A DNA stretch of 64,000 nt from Rebecca billardiae RCC1528 (taxonomy: Eukaryota > Protista > Haptophyta): positions 1,054,001 through 1,118,000 of the forward strand of contig OZ251241.1 of NCBI GenBank assembly GCA_965240325.2, written 5' to 3'. Made by a program: the position numbers and the translations under genes. Shown here one piece after another: positions 56,836-64,000 of the stretch. A model generated the notes under the pieces. It worked only from the letters and a program-made list of their open reading frames with translations. It was not told the DNA's origin and did no database searches. Numbering within the stretch: position 1 is the stretch's first letter; each line of letters opens with the position of its first letter.

Positions 56836-59800
56836 GCGTGCGCGCTGGAGGACGAGCCGTTCGAGTGCGCGCGCTGCGTCGCGGGCGCCGCGCGCGCGCA
56901 CCCCGTGCGCTCCGGCGGCACGCTCATCGTCTGCCCCGCGCCGCTGCTCGGCCAGTGGCGGCGCGAACTCGATCGCCACATCCGTCCGGGCGCGCTGCGC
57001 GTCGCGACGTACCTGGGAGTGCGCGGCTCGCTCGAGCCGAAGGCGGCGCGCGGCGCGGCGCGGCTGCTCGACGCGCGCGCGCTCGGCGCGCACGACGTGG
57101 TGCTCACCTGCTTCGAGGCGCTCCGCGCCGACCTGCACCACACGCACAGCGCGGGCGGCGGCGGCGGCGCCGCCGCGGCCGGCGGCGGCGGCGGCGCGGG
57201 CCGCGGCGGCGCCGGCGCGCGGTCGCTCCGCTTCGGCAAGCGGTACCGCGCGATGCCGTCGCCGCTGCGCTGCGTGCGGTGGTGGCGGTGCGTGCTCGAC
57301 GAGGCGCAGATGGTCGAGTCGCCCGCCGCGGCGGTCACCCAGATGGCGGCGCAGCTCGAGGCGGAGCACCGCTGGTGCGTCTCTGGCACGCCGCTCGGAA
57401 CGGGCCGTCTCGACGACCTGCATGGCCTCCTGGCCTTCCTGCACGTGCGGCCGTACGCGGAGCGCGCGTGGTGGCAGCACGCGCTGCGCGCGCCGCTGGT
57501 GCGCGCCGCGCTGCCCGCGCGCCGCCGCCAGCACCACACGCCGCAGCCGCACCCCGCGCCCGCGCTGCTGCTCGCGCTTGCGCGCCGCCTCGCGTGGCGC
57601 ACGCCCAAGCGTCTGGTGCTGGGCGAGCTGGGCATCCCTCCGCAGTCCGAGAGAGTCCGGGAGCTGTCGTTCTCGTCGATCGAGCGGCACTTCTACGCGA
57701 AGCAGCAGCGGCAGTGCGAGCACGACGCGCAGCGGCAGCTCGCGGCGTCGCGCCACCGCGGCGAGGCGGCGAGCCGCGCGGTCGAGCGCCTCACCGCGCC
57801 GCTGCTGCGGCTGCGGCAAGCGTGCTGCCATCCGCAGGTGGGGGCCCACGGCCTGCGGGCGCTGGACGGCGCTCCGGCGCTGTCGATGGCGGAGATCTGC
57901 GCGCGGCTGGTCGAGGACGAGCGCACGCTGTGCGAGGAGCAGATGCGCCGGCTCGTCCTCCAGCTCAACGCCATCGCCGCCCTCGAGCGCGCGCGCGGAC
58001 GGATCGCCGAGGCCGCGGCCGCGTACACGCGCGCGCTCGCGCTCGGCGCGAGCCACCGCAACCCGGCGCCCGTGCCGTGCGCGGTGCGCGCGGCGGCGGC
58101 GGCGCACGGGCCCGTGCCGACGTTCGCCGAGCACGCGGCCGACGGCTGCGTCGAGCGCGTCGAGTGGTCGGGCGTGCGCCTCCCGCCGGCCGCGATGCTC
58201 GGCGGTGCCGTGGCGGGCGGCGCGGGCGGCGCCGACGCGGCGGGCGGCTCGCTGCCAAAGCGGCGGTGCGCGCGCGCGCCCAAGGCGGAGCCGACGCCGC
58301 TGCCGACGGCCTCGGGCGTGATCGACCTCGCGGGCACGGGCGACGGCGCCGACGCCGCAGGCGCCGCGTGCCCGTGCCTCGACCTCGACCTGCCCACCGT
58401 GCGCCGCGTCGTCGGCCTCCGTCTGAGCGTGCGGCTGACGGCGGCCGCGACCGGCGCCGCGGCCGCGGGCGACGCGCGCGGCGCCGATGGCGGCGGCGCC
58501 GCCGATGGCGGCGGCGGCGGCGGCGACGGCGGTTGCGGCGCGGAGGGCAGCGGCGGCGGCGCGGCGCGGGTCAAGCTCGAGCCCTCGGCCAGCACCGTCG
58601 CACCCGCCGGCCTGCCCGATGCCGCCACGCCGCACGCGCTGGGCCCGGACGGCGCCGCGGCGGGCGCGCGCCGCTGCTGCCCCGCGCGCGTCACGCTGCA
58701 GGCGACCGGCACGGCGGAGGGCGCAGCGTACGGGACGATCGCCACCGTGGACGTGCCGCGGCCCGCCGACAGGCGCGGCGAGGCGGGCGGCACCGAGCTC
58801 GTCGTCGCGAGCGCGCTCTTCGACGCGGTCAAGGCGCGCTCCTTCCGGCTCATCGTGCACAGCGTGCACGCGGCTGATGCCGGCGGAGCGGCCGCGGGCG
58901 CGCCGGATGACCTGACCTTGGCGACGGCTGCTGCTGTCGCGCGCGGCGGCGGCGGCGGCGGCGGCGGCGCGGCTGCGTGCGCAGGCGGCCGCACGCACGA
59001 GACGGCGCGCCCTGCGTGCGCACTCCGCCTCGAGCGCCTCGAGCTGCTCGAGCCCGAGGTAGCCACCGACCCACTGCAACGGTTGCACGTGCTACACAAC
59101 TTGAGCGAGCTACTGACTGAGCGCGAGGCCGCGCAGGCGCAGCGGCCGGAGCAGCCATCGTGCGGGCGCCAGCACAACTTGAGCGAGCTGCTGACTGAGC
59201 GCGAGGCCGCGCGGGCGCAGCGGCCGGAGCAGCCATTGTGCGGGCGCCACCACCCGCATTCGCAGGGCGACGCCGCGCACCCGCCGAAGCCGACGACGCC
59301 GATGGCGCCGGCGGGCGGCTCGACGCTGACGGCGGGTGCGCCGGCGGGTGCGCCAGCGACGGCGGGGAGCGCGCAGCGGGGGGCGGCGCCGCGCGAGCCG
59401 AGCGCAGCGCTCGGTGCGGGCTCCACGGCGGCGGCGGCCGAGGCCGGGGCGGCGGCGCTCGGCGCGAGCGCGCGTTCCGCCGCCGCCGCCGCCGCCCCCG
59501 TGTCGGCCGCGCCGCGCGGCTCGGCTCTGCCCGTACCGCCGGGCTGCGACGGCGCGGCGCCGCCCTCTGCGTGGGTGTCGGAAGTTCTCGCGCCGGAGGC
59601 GGAGCGCACACGCGCGCGCTACGTGGCCGTGCACACGAGCGTGCACGCCTCGCACCGCGCCGCGCTCGAGAGCGCGATCCAGGCGAGCGAGCGCGCACTC
59701 AGCGAGCTGTGCGCGCGCCGCGCCGCGCGCGCGGCGCGCGCGAGCGCCGCGCCCCGCGCCGAGCCGGCCGCGCCGTGGTGGGACGCAGCGTTGCTCTGGC

Positions 59801-62292
59801 TGGCTAAGGCCGCGCCCGCCGGCACGGCGGAGGCGTTCGCGCGGCGCGCGAGCGACGAGCTGAGCGCGAGCGCGGACGGCGACGTGGTCGCGCGGTACGG
59901 GCCCGCCGCCGCCGCGCGCCTGCGCACGCTCGGCGGCATGCGACTGCTTCTCGCCGAGGCGGCAGACGAGCGCGCGGCGGTCCGCGAGCGCGTGCTTCGC
60001 GCGCTGCGCACGCTCAGCGCGGCGCCGTCCGACGCAGAGCTCGCTGAGAACCGCGAGTGCGGCCGGTGCCGCGTCGACTGGGGCCGCGTCGGCCCGATCT
60101 GCGCGCACTGCCTGCTCGAGGCCGACGTGGAGCAGCTCGAGGCCACCCTGGTCTCCTTCCGCCGAGCTCGGCGCGTCGATGAGCACCGGGCGACGCTCGT
60201 GCAGCCGGGCGCGAGCGCACGCGGCGCGCCCACCGCCGCGGGCGCGCTGGCTGACGCGGGCGCGAACGCGGCCAACAAGGGCCAGGCGTACGCTGACGAT
60301 GCTCTGAGCGTGCGCGCGCGCGCGCCGCGCCGCGCACTCGAGCGCGCGCGCGCCGAGCGCGCCGCAGCCTCGCTCACTCACACGCCGCGCGCGCGCGCGG
60401 CGCCGCGCCCGCGCGCTCCGCCCCGCCGCGCCGCCGCCGGCCGATCTGAGCAGGTGCACCTGCTCAAGCTGCTCGCGCGCACGGTGCGCGAGAGCGCGCG
60501 CACGCACGCGCCGCTCGGCGCGCACGGCGGCGCTGCGCACGGCGGCGGTGGCGGCGGCAGCCACCATCACCCACCCCACGCGCCGCTGCCGCGCCACGCC
60601 GCCGCCGCGGCCGCTGGGGCGGCGGACGCCGCGGCCGAGGCGGCGGCCGAGGCGGCCGCAGTGCACGCCGCGACCGAGGCGGTGCTCAGCGGCGCGCTGG
60701 CCGAGGAGGCCGCGGCCGATCTCGGCGCGATCTCGGCGCTGCACCGCGAGCTCCGCCTCTGCCGCCAGTTCTGGATGGCGCACCAGGACCTGCTCTCACG
60801 GCTCGACGAGCTCGCGTCCGCGACCCGAGCGATGCGCCTAGCCAAGCCGCACGAACTGGCGGTTGGGCTGAGCGCCGAGGAGGCGTTGTATATCGTGCCG
60901 CCGACGGAGGTGGCGGCGAGGCTGGAGGAGCACCGCGCGGAGGGGCTCGCGGCGGAGGGGGCGCTCTCGGCCGCTGTCGCGCAGCTGCGCTACCTCAAGC
61001 ACGTCGCCGCCGAGCACGCGCAGTCGGCGGCGGCGACGACGTCGACGCGCGCCGCGCCGGCCGCGCCGGCGGCCGCGCGCGACGGCGCACCCGCGGCCGC
61101 GCCGGTGGCGGCGGAGCCGGCGGAGGGTGTGGACGACGACGACGACGACAGCGTTGCTCGCGTCGATCGCCGGCCTCCGCCGCAGCAGCTCGGCTCGCCG
61201 CGCCCGTCGGCCGCGGCGAGCGCTGGCGCCGCTGCCATGCTGATGAGCGGCGCGGACGGCGGCGGCGGCGAGGCGGGCGGCGGCAGCGGCGAGTGCGCGA
61301 TCTGCCACGAGGACGCGGGCGCGGAGCGGTGCGTGCTTCCGTGCGGCCACTGGTTCTGCGAGCCATGCACGCGCCAGCTCGTGCAGCGCTTCACCGGGCC
61401 GACCGGCTCGCTGCGCTGCCCGTCATGTCGCCGCTCGTGCGCCGCGGACAGGCTCTACCGGGCGAGTGCGCTGCCGTCAGCCGACGGCTCGGCCGCGTCC
61501 GTGCCGGTGGCGGGGCAGTGGGGCACGAAGCTCTCGGCGGTGGTGGGCGACCTGCTGCAGCTCGAGGCGGCGGCCGCCGCGCCCGCCGCTGCCGAGCCCT
61601 CGCCCTCGCCCGCGCCCGCGCCCGCCGCCGCCGCCGCCGCGCCAGGCATGCCCGTGCCCCAGCCGTCGTCGCCGCGCAAGCCGGCCGCCGCCGCGCCGCC
61701 GCCGCCCAAGGCCCTCGTGTTCAGTCACTGGGAGGACGTGCTCGACCTGCTCGCGGCGGCGCTCGAGCAGAACGGCGTACGCTTCGCGCGGCTCAGCGGG
61801 CGGCGCGGCCTCGAGCCCGCGCTCGCGCGCTTCCGCGCCGACCCGTCCGTGCGCGCGCTGCTGCTGCCTCTCAAGACGGGCGCCAACGGGCTCAACCTGG
61901 TCGAGGCGCAGCACGTCTTCCTCGTCGAGCCGGTGCTCAACGAGAAGCTCGAGGCGCAGGCGGTCGGCCGGGTGCACCGGATCGGCCAGAGCGCGCGGAC
62001 GGTCGTGCACAGGTACGTCGTGCGCGACACGGTCGAGGAGCGCATCCGCGCGCTGCTCCGCGCGCGCGCCCACGGGCACGGCGCGTGCGGCGCGGACGAC
62101 GGCGAGTACGGGCACGACGGCGCAGTCGCTCCGGAGGCCGCGTCGCCGCCGCCGCACGGCGTTGAGGACGCCGGGGCGCGGGGCGCGGGCGCGGGCGCCG
62201 CAGCCGGGCGGCAGAGCGACGTCGGCGGGCTCAGCGTCGAGCAGCTCAAATCGCTGCTGAGCGGCGCGCCCACTCCGCCATCAGAACTGTGA
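54844..62292 (+). CDS. SHPRH: SHPRH-like SNF2 helicase / PHD / RING E3 ubiquitin ligase
   Basis: LRPYQ, GILADEMGLGKT, PHD (CVIC...WVACDTCGGWVHMAC...CARC), DEAQ, SGTP, LRQACCHP, DPLQRLHVLHNL, RING (CAIC..CGHWFCEPC..CPSC), GLNLVEA..QAVGRVHRIGQ. A probable in-frame intron lies at 60310-60453. Confidence 0.93.
59095..59250 (+). repeat. 78-bp in-frame tandem duplication in the SHPRH-like gene
   Basis: HNLSELLTEREAAxAQRPEQPxCGR occurs twice (59095-59172 and 59173-59250). Confidence 0.9.
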
Positions 62293-62570
62293 TGCGTGCG
62301 TCGTCGCGGCGAGGGAGTTGACAATGACATCGTCGTCCGGCCGCCTCGCGCATCGTCGTTCTTATTAGCAGACGATCGAACTTTCCGTCATCGTCCCCGG
62401 TTCCGCGCGGCTCATTACGCGGCCGGCGGCCGGGATCGCTGCGGGCCGCGCGCCGGAGCGGCGGCGCGCCGATGAGGCTCGGGCGCCGCCGACTGTGCCG
62501 GGCGAGTGTGATGTAGTGACACGATGACAGTCGTCGTCTGTCAGTATCGTACGTCTGGCCTCGGGGCCAG

Positions 62571-63200
62571 CTACTGCCTGCTCGATGCGAATTGCGCGTC
62601 ACACGCGCTCGGCACTGGATGCTCGGCCATCACGGCCTCGTGCCCGCGCGCCAGAAACGAGCTGACGACCTGGGCGTGCGACTGCACGAGCGCGCGCGCG
62701 CATGGGCTGAGCCCGTCCTCCTCGACGAGGACACCGCCCGAGACGTTCGCGTAGTTGAGCCGGACCTCCTCGTGGTGGGCAAAGATCGCCCGAAATAGCG
62801 GGTCGTGCCTGTGGAGGGGCTCGTTCTGCTCGAGCGCCCTCTTCATCTGCGCCACGTGCGTTTGGATCCAACGAGCCACGGCTGGGTCGTGCGAGTGCGT
62901 GCGCGTCGAGACTCCGGACGGCGTGCTGTTCACCTGGCGCGAGATCTCGTCGCGGTGCCACATGAGCGAGTGGATCGCCTCCATGAAGCGCATGTGATTG
63001 TGGTGCCCTCCCATCGCCATGGCGCCGTGGTGGTGCCCGCGCATCATCCCGCCGCCTCGTCCGCTCATGTCGCCTGGCATCATCATGCCACCACGCATGC
63101 GCCCCATTCGCATGGACGTCGTCGCCTCGTCTTCGTGCGGAAGCGCATGCGCTAGCACGGGTAGCGAGAGAGTCAACACGATGGCGAACGGCGGCTGCAT
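62571..63200 (-). CDS. Secreted Met/Gly/His-rich protein with an internally duplicated domain, putative metal binder
   Basis: Signal peptide MQPPFAIVLTLSLPVLAHA and an MGRMRGGMMM..HHH tract. Two similar halves (TPSGVSTRTHSHDPAVARWIQTH / VSGGVLVEEDGLSPCARALVQSH). Confidence 0.8.
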   Translation of the reverse strand: MQPPFAIVLTLSLPVLAHALPHEDEATTSMRMGRMRGGMMMPGDMSGRGGGMMRGHHHGAMAMGGHHNHMRFMEAIHSLMWHRDEISRQVNSTPSGVSTRTHSHDPAVARWIQTHVAQMKRALEQNEPLHRHDPLFRAIFAHHEEVRLNYANVSGGVLVEEDGLSPCARALVQSHAQVVSSFLARGHEAVMAEHPVPSACDAQFASSRQ

Positions 63201-63756
63201 GGTGTGCGGGCGCGAGAGGTCAGGGGCGCGTGGACGAAGGCCAAAGGGGTGAGGGGTCGAGCAGGGGTTCCTCCGGTTTATTTAGCGGCGGTGTTTTCGA
63301 TCGCCGTTGCGGAGCCGCGAATATTCCGATCGATTCATCGGCGAATCGGCCGATATTCCCCGGGATCTGTATCGGCGACGACTGCCCTGAAATGTGGTGA
63401 ACAGGCAGCGGCCTGATTGACGCCAACTTGTCGCCAGCCATCATCATCATCATGAAGCCGGAGTCGCCGATTGTAGCGCCGCCAGACAGGCTCCTTATAA
63501 TAGCCTAGGTGGCGGCCGTTATTGCAGCAAAATCAGAACGGCCGCCCCGCGCTCCGAGGCACGCGCGCTCGCGCGGCGCGCTCGCGGCCTCGGACCGCTC
63601 GTCGCCGCCGCGACGTGCTGTGCCGTGAGCGCACGGTCGTCTGCATGCTGCGCCAAGCGCGTCGCCGTCCCAAGCGCGCGGCCGCCGCCGAGCGCGCGCG
63701 CCGCGTCAGCTTGGCGCGTGGCGCAAGCGCAGTTCACTCAATAACCGCCGCCGTCG

Positions 63757-64000
63757 TCATGGCAGCCTCTGCCGCACGGGCGTCGTGACCGGCGCAGCGG
63801 CGCCGTCGGCGCCCGCCGGCGCGTCCGACGCCTCTCCCACCTGCGGCTCGGGTGTCTCGACGTGCTCCGGCAGCATGTCCGAGACGAACGCGCGGCCGCT
63901 CGACGCCACGCACGACGCGCCGGCGGCGAGCGCGCCCAGCCAGAGCCACAGCTGCGTGCGGTGCACGCTCGCTGTCGTGTAGTCGAGGGAGATTGCGCAG
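63757..64000 (-). CDS. 3' end of a probable membrane protein extending beyond the window
   Basis: Open frame from the window edge (AISLDYTTASVHRTQLWLWLGALAAGASCV...) with GC3 bias and a hydrophobic helix. Confidence 0.45.
   Translation of the reverse strand, partial: CAISLDYTTASVHRTQLWLWLGALAAGASCVASSGRAFVSDMLPEHVETPEPQVGEASDAPAGADGAAAPVTTPVRQRLP

Noticed and set aside
1-64000. tRNA or rRNA genes
   Set aside because: None recognised by eye; tRNAscan or Infernal would be needed to exclude them.

Overview
A very GC-rich eukaryotic window with short GC-rich spliceosomal introns (donors mostly GTGCGC, acceptors mostly CGCAG). It is most likely a haptophyte alga (Pavlovales-like); this is an inference from composition, intron style and the signal+transit-peptide pyruvate carboxylase and CruP. 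Routine genes: PP2C phosphatase, MetAP1, two F-box proteins, R2R3-type MYB, VOC/glyoxalase-like protein, CruP-type lycopene cyclase-family protein, plastid pyruvate carboxylase, RBM26/27-like RNA-binding protein and an SHPRH-like SNF2/RING E3 ligase. The main feature is a ~15.6 kb head-to-tail array of six intronless ARM-repeat/BTB-BACK genes (39079-54662). They carry 1, 3, 7, 5, 4 and 1 exchangeable 126-bp ARM modules. Module frameworks are nearly identical, while the predicted helix-3 ligand-contact codons are hypervariable. This is a candidate diversifying repertoire of Cullin3 substrate receptors, possibly for innate immunity. Also notable: an Mx/dynamin-like GTPase with an N-terminal UBA-like domain and SIM, a STAS-LRR-TM fusion, a membrane-anchored M43 metalloprotease with a variant zinc motif, a bacterial-type His/Met-rich secreted protein, a 1061-bp foldback element with 442-bp terminal inverted repeats and a 5-bp TSD, and widespread short duplication 'footprints'. 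All domain calls come from motif recognition by eye; no database search was run.
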